Made by a program: the position numbers and the translations under genes. 64,000 nucleotides of DNA from Candidatus Cloacimonadota bacterium (lineage in GTDB: Bacteria; Cloacimonadota; Cloacimonadia; G963667145). Of the stretch, positions 55,535-64,000 are shown one piece after another. The notes under the pieces were generated by a model, which was given only the letters and a program-made list of their open reading frames with translations, was not told where the DNA came from and searched no databases. Position 1 is the first letter of the stretch. Each line of letters starts with the position of its first letter. The stretch lies in NCBI GenBank assembly GCA_963676615.1, contig OY781092.1, forward strand, positions 1,440,001 to 1,504,000, written 5' to 3'.

Positions 55535-58075
55535 CTATTTTACCACAAAACTTTCGCCGTTGTAGTCAACTTCCGCCTTTTCGGGCAGCTCGCCTTGCAA
55601 AAACTTCTGCGCGAGCATATTCTCCAAATTCTCCTGAATCGCCCGTTTTATCGGCCTTGCTCCAAATTGCGGATCGAAGCCGATTTCTGCGAGCTCGTCC
55701 ACAGCTTTGTTCGAAAAATCGACGCTAAACCCTTTGTCGTGCAGGCGATTTTGTAAAGTTTTCAGCTCCAGCCGCACGATTTGTTCGACCTGCTCTTTTT
55801 TGAGCTTGTGAAACAGCACAATCTGCGAGATGCGGTTGATGAACTCTGGGCGGAAATGCGTCTTCACGCTCTCCAAAATTTCTGCTTCCACATCTTGGCT
55901 GTCTTCGGCTTCCAGCAGGCGATTTGCCCCGATGTTGCTTGTCATCACGATTATCGTATTGCGGAAATTCACGGTGCGACCCTTGCCGTCGGTGAGCCTG
56001 CCCTCGTCCAAAATCTGCAAAAACAGGTTGAAAACATCAGGGTGCGCCTTCTCGATTTCGTCGAACAAAAGCACGCAATACGGATGTCGCCGCACTTCCT
56101 CGGTGAGCTTGCCGCCCTCCTGGTAGCCCACATATCCCGGGGGCGCGCCAATCAAACGAGCCACCGAATGTTTTTCCATAAACTCGCTCATATCGTAGCG
56201 GAACATCGCCCGTGAGTCGTTGAACAAAAGCCGCGCCAGCTCTTGCGTGAGATAGGTTTTGCCGACGCCCGTTGGACCCAAAAACAGAAACGAGCCGATA
56301 GGGGCGTTCTCGTCGGAAAAGCCGCTTCTGGCTCTGCGAATTGCGTTGGAAATCGCTGCAATGCCCGCTTTTTGCCCAATCACCTTTTTGCTCAAAATCT
56401 CCTCCATATTCGTCAGCTTCTCCGCCTCGCTTTTCAGCAGCCGATCCAGCGGAATGTTCGTCCACTTGGAAATTATCGCCGCAATCGTCGTCGCATCAAC
56501 GATTTTGCTCACCATTTGTGAATCTTCGTTTTTGCTCAAAGCGTCTTTGGCAGCCTCCAGCTCCTTTTCCAGTTCGATAATCGTGCCGTATTTCAGGCGA
56601 GAAGCCGTCTCCAAATCTCCGTTGCGCTGGGCAATTCCCATCTCCGACCTCGCCTTGTCCAGCTTGTCGTTGAGCTGCCCAATCTGGTTCAAACTCTGCT
56701 TCTCCTGCTTCCATTTATCCATCAGAAGCGAAAATTTTTCCTTGAGATTGGCAATCTCTGCTTTCGCCGCATTCCTCTTCTCGTCCGCCTCATCTTTAAA
56801 AGACAGCTCCTCAATCTCCAGCTGCTGAATTTTGCGCTTCATATCGTCGAGCTCTTGTGGCATAGAATCTATCTGCATCCGCACAGACGCGCACGCCTCG
56901 TCCATCAAATCGATGGCTTTGTCGGGCAAAAATCGGTCGTTAATGTAACGGGCAGAGAGCTTTCCCGCAGCAATCAGAGCGTCGTCGGTAATCTGCAAAC
57001 CGTGATGCACCTGGTATTTGTCCTTGATGCCTCGCAAAATGGAAATCGTGTCGGCAACGCTCGGCTCGCCAACCATCACAGGCTGAAAACGGCGTTCCAG
57101 AGCGGCGTCCTTTTCGATATACTTTTTGTATTCGCTCAGCGTTGTTGCGCCGATACAACGCAGCTCGCCCCTTGCCAAAGCTGGCTTGAGCATATTCGAC
57201 GCGTCGCTCTGACCCTCTGCTGCGCCCGCTCCGACGATGGTGTGCAGCTCGTCGATGAACAAAATAATCTCGCCGTTGGAACTCTCCACCTCCTTCAAAA
57301 CCGCTTTGAGTCGCTCCTCGAACTCGCCTCGATACTTCGCTCCTGCCAGTAAAAGCGCCATATCTAGCTCCAGAACTGTTTTGTTCTTCAGATTTTCGGG
57401 AACATCTCGCTCGATAATCCGCTTGGCTAGCCCCTCGATAATCGCCGTCTTTCCGACACCTGGCTCGCCGATGAGCACGGGATTATTCTTCCTGCGCCGA
57501 GACAAAATCTGGATCGTGCGGCGAATTTCGTCGTCTCGCCCGATGACAGGGTCGAGCTTCTCCTTCCGCGCCAAATCGGTCAGATTGCGGGTATATTTCT
57601 CCAGCACCTGATACTTCGCCTCGGGATTTTCGCTGTCAACTTTGTGATTTCCGCGAACCTCCTGAATCGCCTTGAGCAAATCTTTCTCCTTAATGCTGGG
57701 CAAAACCGCCTGAATGTCGCCGCTGCTCTTGAGCAAAGCCAGCAAAATATGCTCCAAACTGACGAAATCGTCCTGAAACTGCCCAGCAATCTTGTCCGCC
57801 AGCAGCAGCGCCTTGTTCGCCTTTGCGCTCAAATATGCGGGCGAGCTGCCCTCGACTCTCGGAAAGTCGCCCAGCTTCGCCTCAATATTCTGTCGCAGCA
57901 GACTCGGCTTGACCTCCACCTTCTGCAAAAGAGTCGGCACCAGCGAATCTTCCACCAGCAAAGCCGCCAGCAAAAGATGCAACTCCCCAATCTCCTGATG
58001 TCCGTATTCGCTCGCCAAATCGGATGCCTTCTGCAGGCACTCCTTCGACTTAATCGTGTATTTATTAAAGTTCAT
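55535..58075 (-). CDS. clpB: Chaperone ClpB
   Basis: Two AAA+ modules ([16 protein letters not shown]), long M-domain coiled coil, GYVG; ATG 58075 after GGAGG. Confidence 0.97.
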   Translation of the reverse strand: MNFNKYTIKSKECLQKASDLASEYGHQEIGELHLLLAALLVEDSLVPTLLQKVEVKPSLLRQNIEAKLGDFPRVEGSSPAYLSAKANKALLLADKIAGQFQDDFVSLEHILLALLKSSGDIQAVLPSIKEKDLLKAIQEVRGNHKVDSENPEAKYQVLEKYTRNLTDLARKEKLDPVIGRDDEIRRTIQILSRRRKNNPVLIGEPGVGKTAIIEGLAKRIIERDVPENLKNKTVLELDMALLLAGAKYRGEFEERLKAVLKEVESSNGEIILFIDELHTIVGAGAAEGQSDASNMLKPALARGELRCIGATTLSEYKKYIEKDAALERRFQPVMVGEPSVADTISILRGIKDKYQVHHGLQITDDALIAAGKLSARYINDRFLPDKAIDLMDEACASVRMQIDSMPQELDDMKRKIQQLEIEELSFKDEADEKRNAAKAEIANLKEKFSLLMDKWKQEKQSLNQIGQLNDKLDKARSEMGIAQRNGDLETASRLKYGTIIELEKELEAAKDALSKNEDSQMVSKIVDATTIAAIISKWTNIPLDRLLKSEAEKLTNMEEILSKKVIGQKAGIAAISNAIRRARSGFSDENAPIGSFLFLGPTGVGKTYLTQELARLLFNDSRAMFRYDMSEFMEKHSVARLIGAPPGYVGYQEGGKLTEEVRRHPYCVLLFDEIEKAHPDVFNLFLQILDEGRLTDGKGRTVNFRNTIIVMTSNIGANRLLEAEDSQDVEAEILESVKTHFRPEFINRISQIVLFHKLKKEQVEQIVRLELKTLQNRLHDKGFSVDFSNKAVDELAEIGFDPQFGARPIKRAIQENLENMLAQKFLQGELPEKAEVDYNGESFVVK

Positions 58076-58107
58076 TTTTTCCTCCAAAAATGTTTGGCGC
58101 CAAAAAA

Positions 58108-58134
58108 CTGGCACTCTTAAGGCGAGACTGCCAA
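58108..58134. promoter_or_regulatory. CIRCE element (HrcA operator) upstream of clpB
   Basis: CTGGCACTC-N9-GACTGCCAA versus consensus TTAGCACTC-N9-GAGTGCTAA; minus-strand TTGACA at 58147-58152. Confidence 0.82.
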
Positions 58135-58257
58135 TAGCTGAAAATCTGTCAACTTTTTTTGTCCAATTTCGCTTGCAGAGCGGATTTTGCTTGACATCAA
58201 AAAAATAGATGGTTCAATTTACTTGTTAAAATCGTTTTTCGATAAAAAGGGGGAAAA

Positions 58258-59538
58258 ATGTCAGAAAAAAGAGGAATGTTTGCTTGGTATTTTCAGTCTA
58301 ATTTGCTCATAAGGATTTTGCTCGGTCTGGTTTTGGGCGCAATTGTGGGGCTTCTCGCAGGAGACAGCATCGCGTGGCTAAAACCTTTTGGCGATGTTTT
58401 TGTAAGGCTTCTAAAGATGATCGTGATGCCTGTTGTCCTGAGCACTCTGGTGGTCGGCGCAGCGAGCATTAGTCCCGCAAAATTGGGCAAAATCGGGATA
58501 AAAGCGGTCGCATTTTATATGGCGACAAGCGCTTTCGCCGTTGCCGTGGGCTTGCTGATGGGCAATTTGTTCAAGCCTGGACTCGGGCTAGATCTTGGCA
58601 ATGTTGGCTCTGCTGCGGGCAAAGTGGTCAACGCTCCGAGTCTTGCCAACACTTTTTTGAACATCATCCCCAAAAATCCGCTGGGCGATATGGTCTCTGG
58701 CAAAATTTTGCCATCCATCTTTTTCGCAATTGTTTTCGGCATAGCGTTGTCCTACCTCAAAATCAGCAAAGTCGAGCGAATAAAAAAAGCAGGCGACACG
58801 CTTTTTAACATTTTTGACGCCTGCGCAGAAGTGATGTATCTGGTCGTGCGCTGGGTGATGCAATATGCGCCAATCGGCGTGTTTGCGCTGATAGCGGTGG
58901 TTTTTGGCAAACAAGGGCTGAAAGCTATCGGACCTCTGGGAATGGTCACGATGGGGGCGTTCGTCGGCTACATTTTGCAAGTTTTGGTCGTTTATATGTT
59001 GATCGCCAAATTCAGCGGACTAAAGCCGTTTCAGCTTCTGAACAAAATCAAATCGCCGATGATAACCGCTTTTGTAACCCGTAGCAGCAGCGGAACTTTG
59101 CCCGTTTCGATGAGAACTGCCGACGAGGAGCTGGGCATCCACAAAGATGTCTATTCGTTCTCTTTGCCGCTGGGAGCGACGATCAATATGGACGGAACCG
59201 CGATATACCAAGGCGTTTGCGCGATGTTCATCGGTTTTGCCGTTGGGATGCCGCTCTCGTTCAGCGCTCAGATTACGGTGATTTTGACAGCAGTTTTGGC
59301 GTCGATAGGCACGGCTGGCGTTCCGGGAGCAGGCGCGATTATGCTGATGCTCGTTTTGGATAGCGTCGGGATGCCGCTAGAGGCGGGCTCTCCCGTGGCT
59401 GCGGCGTATGCGATGATTTTGGGAATAGACGCCATTTTGGATATGGGCAGAACCTGCATCAATGTGGCAGGAGATATGACTTGCTCGACCGTCATCGCCA
59501 AGAGCGAGGGACTTTTGGATATGAAAAAATGGGCATAA
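58258..59538 (+). CDS. Dicarboxylate/amino acid:cation symporter (GltPh-like)
   Basis: TRSSSGTLP, GATINMDGTA, ASIGTAGVPGAG, DMGRT. Confidence 0.95.
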   Translation: MSEKRGMFAWYFQSNLLIRILLGLVLGAIVGLLAGDSIAWLKPFGDVFVRLLKMIVMPVVLSTLVVGAASISPAKLGKIGIKAVAFYMATSAFAVAVGLLMGNLFKPGLGLDLGNVGSAAGKVVNAPSLANTFLNIIPKNPLGDMVSGKILPSIFFAIVFGIALSYLKISKVERIKKAGDTLFNIFDACAEVMYLVVRWVMQYAPIGVFALIAVVFGKQGLKAIGPLGMVTMGAFVGYILQVLVVYMLIAKFSGLKPFQLLNKIKSPMITAFVTRSSSGTLPVSMRTADEELGIHKDVYSFSLPLGATINMDGTAIYQGVCAMFIGFAVGMPLSFSAQITVILTAVLASIGTAGVPGAGAIMLMLVLDSVGMPLEAGSPVAAAYAMILGIDAILDMGRTCINVAGDMTCSTVIAKSEGLLDMKKWA

Positions 59539-59558
59539 TTTGCGCAGATTTTTAATGG

Positions 59559-59597
59559 AAAAAGGGCGCTGTTTTGTTAAAGACGGCGTCCTTTTTT
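59559..59597 (+). terminator. Intrinsic terminator between symporter and racemase
   Basis: AAAAAGGGCGCTGTTTT...AAAGACGGCGTCC-T6. Confidence 0.7.
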
Positions 59598-59618
59598 GCA
59601 AAAACAAGGGGTGCTAAA

Positions 59619-60329
59619 ATGAGCAAAATCGTAGGCATAATCGGCGGCGTAGGACCTTATGCTGGGCTGGATTTTCACAAAAAAATATTGGACTGCACGC
59701 CCGCAAAATCAGACCAAGAGCACTTGGAGATTTACCATATTTCTGCCTCCGCCAAGATTGAGGACAGAAGCAAGTTCTTGCAGGGCAAAAGTTTAGCTAA
59801 CCCAGCCGAAGGACTGATTTACGCCGCAGAAAAGCTCGTCGCTATCGGCGCAGAAATTTTGGTAATTCCCTGTAACACCGCACATTCCGACCCGATTTTG
59901 TCGCCATTTTTGGAATTTATCGCCAAAAAGAACGCGCTGTTTCTGAATTTGCTAGAAGAAACTTGCCGCTATATTCGTTCCAAGGGCTTGCAAAAAGTGG
60001 GGCTGCTGGCGACACTGGGCACCTACCAGAGCGGAGTGTATCAGTTTTATTTTCGCCAAATCGGTTGCGGCGAGTTGATTTGCCCAACTGAAAGCCAAAA
60101 GCAGATTGTCAGCGATGCGATTTACAACCCCGAAAAAGGGATAAAAAGTGGCGCGCAAACTGGCTGGGCAAGCTCGCAGCTGGATTTGGTCGTGCAAAGC
60201 TTGCAAAATCAGGGAGCGCAAGCGGTTATAATGGGTTGCACCGAAATTCCGCTGGCGCTTGGCAACTCCGATTTTTTGCTCGATCCCGGGCAAATTTTGG
60301 CGAAGCGGGTTGTGCAAGCGGCGCTGTAG
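59619..60329 (+). CDS. Aspartate/amino-acid racemase (PLP-independent)
   Basis: GIIGGVGP, PCNTAH, GLLATLGT, MGCTEIP (both catalytic Cys present). Confidence 0.93.
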   Translation: MSKIVGIIGGVGPYAGLDFHKKILDCTPAKSDQEHLEIYHISASAKIEDRSKFLQGKSLANPAEGLIYAAEKLVAIGAEILVIPCNTAHSDPILSPFLEFIAKKNALFLNLLEETCRYIRSKGLQKVGLLATLGTYQSGVYQFYFRQIGCGELICPTESQKQIVSDAIYNPEKGIKSGAQTGWASSQLDLVVQSLQNQGAQAVIMGCTEIPLALGNSDFLLDPGQILAKRVVQAAL

Positions 60330-60410
60330 CGGCAATCTTTTCTCGCCATTTTCTTGACAGAAATTCCGCCTGTTTGAGTTCCGATGAGAAAAAAGTTTTG
60401 AGGACAAAAA

Positions 60411-62054
60411 ATGAACACAATTTTCAAACCGAAATTTTTCACTTTGCTAAAAGCGGGAATTTCCAAAAAGCAAATCTCAGCCGACATAATGTCGGGTGTG
60501 GTCGTGGGTATCGTGGCGCTTCCTCTGGCGATAGCTTTCGCCGTTGCCTCGGGAGTCTCCCCCGAAAAAGGCCTAATCACGGCGGTTGTAGCGGGATTTC
60601 TCATCTCGTTTTTGGGCGGCAGTCGCGTGCAAATTGGCGGTCCCACGGGCGCATTCATCGTTATCGTCTATGGAATTGTGCAAAAATACGGGCTGCATGG
60701 GCTGCTCATTTCGACAGTTTTGGCAGGCGTGATAATGATAATTTTCGGGCTTTTGCGACTGGGCACGGTGCTCAAATATTTTCCGCATCCGCTGATCGTC
60801 GGCTTCACGGGCGGCATCGCGCTGGTCATATTTTCCACACAAATTCCCGATGCGCTCGGACTCTCGCTGCCCAAAGTGCCCTCGGGATTTTTGCAAAAAT
60901 GGAGTCTCTACCTGCAAAACCTGCACAGCATCAACTGGACTGCACTTTCGCTGACCCTGCTGACGATAATCGTCGTCGTCTTTTCCTCGAAAATTTTCCG
61001 CAAAATTCCTGGCTCGTTCATCGCCATTGTGCTGGTCACTTTTCTGGTCAACTTTTTCGATTTGCAAGTGACGACAATTCAGACATTTTTCGGCACAATT
61101 CCGCAAAAAATCGGCTTCCATTTTCCGCAATTTAGCTTTAGTGATTTGGGAATTTATCTGATGCCGGCGCTGACGATTGCCCTTTTGGGAAGCATCGAAT
61201 CGCTACTCTCGGCGGTCGTTGCCGATGGAATGATCGGCGGCAAACATCGCTCCAACACCGAGCTCGTAGCGCAAGGGATTGCTAATGTGCTGACTCCGTT
61301 TTTTGGCGGAATACCAGCCACGGGGGCGATTGCTCGCACGGCGACAAATGTCAAAAACGGCGGCCGCACGCCAATCTCTGGAATGGTGCACGCCTTGGCG
61401 CTGCTGGCGATTATGCTCTTTTTGGGAGAATGGGCAAAGCTGATTCCGATGTGCTGCCTTGCGGGAATTTTGATCGTCGTCTCCTACAATATGAGCCAGT
61501 GGCGGTCTTTTGCCTCGATTCTGAAAGGCTCGTATTTCGACATCATTGTCCTGCTGACCACCTTTTTCATCACCGTAATCTACGACCTGACTCTCGCCAT
61601 AGAAATCGGCGTGATGCTCTCGGCAATCCTCTTTATGAAACGGATGACCGACATCAGCGAAAAGCAAATCAGCGACGGCGTGGATCGCGATATTATCGAC
61701 AACTACACCGATTTGCCCGACGGACTGCTCATCTACGAAATCAGCGGACCGCTCTTTTTTGCCTCCGCCAGAAGATACTGCCAGGCGTTGCACGAAGCGG
61801 GTTTACGCTGCAAAGTGCTGGTAATCCGAATGCGCCATGTCTCGTTCATCGACCAAACTGGGCTTGCGATTTTGCAAAATGTGCTCGCTATCCTCAAGCG
61901 TGAACACATACGAGTTCTGCTCTCGGGCGTCCGAGGCGAAGTTCGCCAAGATCTGACCAAATTCGGTGTCCAAAACACCTTGACGCACGACTCGATTTTT
62001 GATAGTTTTGACGCCTCGATCGAAAAAGCGAAAAAGATTTTGCAGCACAGCTAA
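60411..62054 (+). CDS. SulP family anion permease with STAS domain
   Basis: VALPLAIAFA, QIGGPTGA, ESLLSA, GAIART, GPLFF, IDQTG. Confidence 0.95.
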   Translation: MNTIFKPKFFTLLKAGISKKQISADIMSGVVVGIVALPLAIAFAVASGVSPEKGLITAVVAGFLISFLGGSRVQIGGPTGAFIVIVYGIVQKYGLHGLLISTVLAGVIMIIFGLLRLGTVLKYFPHPLIVGFTGGIALVIFSTQIPDALGLSLPKVPSGFLQKWSLYLQNLHSINWTALSLTLLTIIVVVFSSKIFRKIPGSFIAIVLVTFLVNFFDLQVTTIQTFFGTIPQKIGFHFPQFSFSDLGIYLMPALTIALLGSIESLLSAVVADGMIGGKHRSNTELVAQGIANVLTPFFGGIPATGAIARTATNVKNGGRTPISGMVHALALLAIMLFLGEWAKLIPMCCLAGILIVVSYNMSQWRSFASILKGSYFDIIVLLTTFFITVIYDLTLAIEIGVMLSAILFMKRMTDISEKQISDGVDRDIIDNYTDLPDGLLIYEISGPLFFASARRYCQALHEAGLRCKVLVIRMRHVSFIDQTGLAILQNVLAILKREHIRVLLSGVRGEVRQDLTKFGVQNTLTHDSIFDSFDASIEKAKKILQHS

Positions 62055-62219
62055 TCGCAAAAAATCGCCGAACTCGCAGAAAGCCAGAAAGTTATAAAAT
62101 TTTTGGGGCAAATTGCAAAAAATCGGCAATTTTATTTTTGGCAAATTCAGCCGATTTCTGCTCAAAATCTGCTAAATGCTTAATATTCCGCAAGTAACAA
62201 AACATCGAGTTAGACACAG

Positions 62220-62341
62220 TGTGAGTAAGTGCCTCAAAAGCAGTAATTAACGGGCAGCGCCAAATCGTAACTGTCTTGAAAACCAATAACTTGTGAATTG
62301 TGGACAACTGGGATGTAAATGTGCATAAAGAATGTGCATAA
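62220..62341. promoter_or_regulatory. Cluster of co-oriented DnaA-box-like 9-mers
   Basis: TGTGAGTAA 62220, TGTGAATTG 62292, TGTGGACAA 62299, TGTGCATAA 62320, TGTGCATAA 62333. Confidence 0.7.
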
Positions 62342-62466
62342 TCTTCTATCTCTCGCTTTTTGAGTAAAAAATGAAAAGCAAAACCGTTTTTTTCTCTCCG
62401 AAAAATCTTGTCAAAAAAACTGGCGAAAAAATGTTTTTTGCAATCGAAAATTAAAGGGGAATTTTT

Positions 62467-63135
62467 ATGGGAAACGAACTTTTATGGTGCATTTTTATGC
62501 TGGTAAATTTTGGGCTGATTTTGGGATTTTATCGCTGTTTTGGCAAAGCTGGGCTTTACGCTTGGATTCCGATGGCGACGATTTTGGCGAATATACAGGT
62601 GCTGAAAACCGTTGAGATTTTTGGGCTTGTGGCGACTTTGGGTAACATTATGTATGCCACCAGCTTTTTGGCGACGGATGTTTTGAGCGAAAATTACGGC
62701 AAAAAAGCGGCAGCCAAGGGGATGTTTTTGGGTTTCGGCTCGATGCTGGTGATGCTGATTGTGATGCAGATTGCGCTTGTGTTTATTCCGCACGAGAGCG
62801 ACTTTATCCAAGGCAGCCTGCAGCAAGTTTTCGGCGTTATGCCTCGGATTGTCGCTGGGTCGATTATCGCTTATCTCATCAGCCAGGCTCACGATATTTG
62901 GGCGTATAGTTTCTGGAAAAAAAAGAGCGGCAAGATTTGGATTGCGAACAATTTTTCCACAATGATCAGCCAGCTGATCGACACTTTTGTGTTTGCGTTT
63001 ATCGCTTTTTTTGGCGTTTTTCCGCTGGATGTTTGGTGGCAAATCGTTCTGACGACCTATGTTTTCAAATGGCTTACGGCGTTGGTGGACACGCCTTTCC
63101 TTTACTTTGCCAAAAAAATAGGACAAAAGGTTTGA
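62467..63135 (+). CDS. Queuosine precursor transporter (YhhQ/Vut_1 family)
   Basis: TLGN, FLATDVLSENYGK, RIVAGSIIAYLISQ, STMISQLIDT, DTPF. Confidence 0.9.
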   Translation: MGNELLWCIFMLVNFGLILGFYRCFGKAGLYAWIPMATILANIQVLKTVEIFGLVATLGNIMYATSFLATDVLSENYGKKAAAKGMFLGFGSMLVMLIVMQIALVFIPHESDFIQGSLQQVFGVMPRIVAGSIIAYLISQAHDIWAYSFWKKKSGKIWIANNFSTMISQLIDTFVFAFIAFFGVFPLDVWWQIVLTTYVFKWLTALVDTPFLYFAKKIGQKV

Positions 63136-63217
63136 CACAGAACCTGTTAGATAAGGGTATTGAACGGTAATCCTCAATTCGAGAGATTGAAAAATTTATT
63201 TTTTATCAAGGAGATTT

Positions 63218-64000
63218 ATGATGAGCGTAGCAAAGCAAATCATGGAATTGGCAGAGAAGTATAGAGATTATACTGCTAAAAATCTTGCCAAATTGGTGAA
63301 CATTCCTTCTGAGAGTATGCAAGAAGAGGGCGTGCAAAAAGAACTCAAAAGACAAATGGAAGAGGCTGGTTTCGACGAAGTTGTAATCGACGGTCTTGGC
63401 AATGTTTTGGGTCGTGTTGGTAATGGTCCAATCGTTTTGGCTGTGGACGGACATATGGACACAGTAGGCGTTGGAAATATGGACAACTGGGATTTCGATC
63501 CTTATTGCGGAACTATCAAAGACGGCAAAATCTTTGGTCGTGGCACAGTTGACCAAGAAGGCGGACCTGCTGCAGCGGTTACCTCTGGTCGCATCCTCAA
63601 AGAGCTCGGACTTGGCGAAAAAGTTACTTTCTGGGTTGTTGGTTCTGTAATGGAAGAAGACTGCGATGGTCTTTGCTGGAACTATATCGTAGAGGAGCAC
63701 GGCTTGAAGCCAGACTTCGCTATCTCGACAGAGCCTACAAATATGAACATCTATCGTGGACATCGCGGCAGAATGGAAATTGGCGTATCTTTCCGTGGAA
63801 TTTCTTGTCACGGATCTGCTCCAGAGCGCGGCAAAAACGCGATTTATATGGCGTCTAAAGTTCTTGTCGAAATCGAAAAATTGAACGAGAACTTGCAACC
63901 AGACGAGGGCAACTTCTTGGGCAAAGGAACTGTAACCGTTTCGCACATCGAGTCTGGTTCTCCATCGCTTTGCGCCGTTGCCGACTACGCTTACTTCCAC
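63218..64000 (+). CDS. ygeY: YgeY family M20 metallohydrolase (partial, runs off window)
   Basis: Manual translation: MMSVAKQ...DGLGNVLG...DGHMDTV...GRGTVDQEGG...VMEEDCDGLCW...TEPT...YRGHRGRMEI...HGSAPERG. Confidence 0.88.
   Translation, partial: MMSVAKQIMELAEKYRDYTAKNLAKLVNIPSESMQEEGVQKELKRQMEEAGFDEVVIDGLGNVLGRVGNGPIVLAVDGHMDTVGVGNMDNWDFDPYCGTIKDGKIFGRGTVDQEGGPAAAVTSGRILKELGLGEKVTFWVVGSVMEEDCDGLCWNYIVEEHGLKPDFAISTEPTNMNIYRGHRGRMEIGVSFRGISCHGSAPERGKNAIYMASKVLVEIEKLNENLQPDEGNFLGKGTVTVSHIESGSPSLCAVADYAYFH

Noticed and set aside
62341..62466. preQ1 riboswitch upstream of the queuosine precursor transporter
   Set aside because: An AAAAAAACTGG tail is present, but no P1 stem or conserved loop can be identified.
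63206..64000. 264-aa minus-strand ORF at the window end
   Set aside because: It is the antisense shadow of the plus-strand YgeY hydrolase, which the ORF track missed because it lacks a stop in the window.
1..64000. tRNA, rRNA, tmRNA, transposase or prophage genes
   Set aside because: No recognisable signatures in any intergenic region or ORF by eye; a covariance-model scan would be needed to exclude small RNAs fully.

Overview
A 64-kb, gene-dense chromosomal window from a diderm (lpt/kdsC/lolA) anaerobe (hydG) that also has HprK/HPr/EI. The gene mix suggests Cloacimonadota or a related FCB-adjacent lineage, but that is inference only. The window spans the likely replication origin. GC skew flips at the AT-rich gap after dnaA (32821-33037), which carries a CCC-TAT-TAT-TAC-TAT DnaA-trio element, and parS-like sites lie at 22765 and 19328. 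Most genes are housekeeping or metabolic: groES end, sdaA, metG, rnhB, hydG, a second EF-G, lolA-ftsK-ychF, hpf-hprK-ptsH-ptsI-yggT-lspA-dnaA, yajC-def-kdsC-lptC/A/B, thyX, proA, deoC, guaD, fba, prfB, rpsO-pnp, clpB with a CIRCE site, several transporters and ygeY. Small AT-rich defence/toxin-antitoxin insertions are interspersed: a YhcG/DUF1016 nuclease, AbiF with an upstream RNA hairpin, HEPN-MNT, and DarTG. Most notable observations: (i) the prfB +1 frameshift site is GTT-TGA-C instead of CTT-TGA-C; (ii) a remote DnaA-box cluster at ~62.3 kb shares a motif with oriC; (iii) dnaA is the last gene of an hpf/PTS operon; (iv) an exact 63-bp duplication of the metG promoter/RBS drives an inserted nuclease gene; (v) AbiF has a putative RNA antitoxin; (vi) a sugar-permease-free PTS has EIIA domains tied to ion transporters; (vii) promoters have perfect -35 but degenerate -10 boxes. 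No rRNA, tRNA, CRISPR array or transposase was seen.
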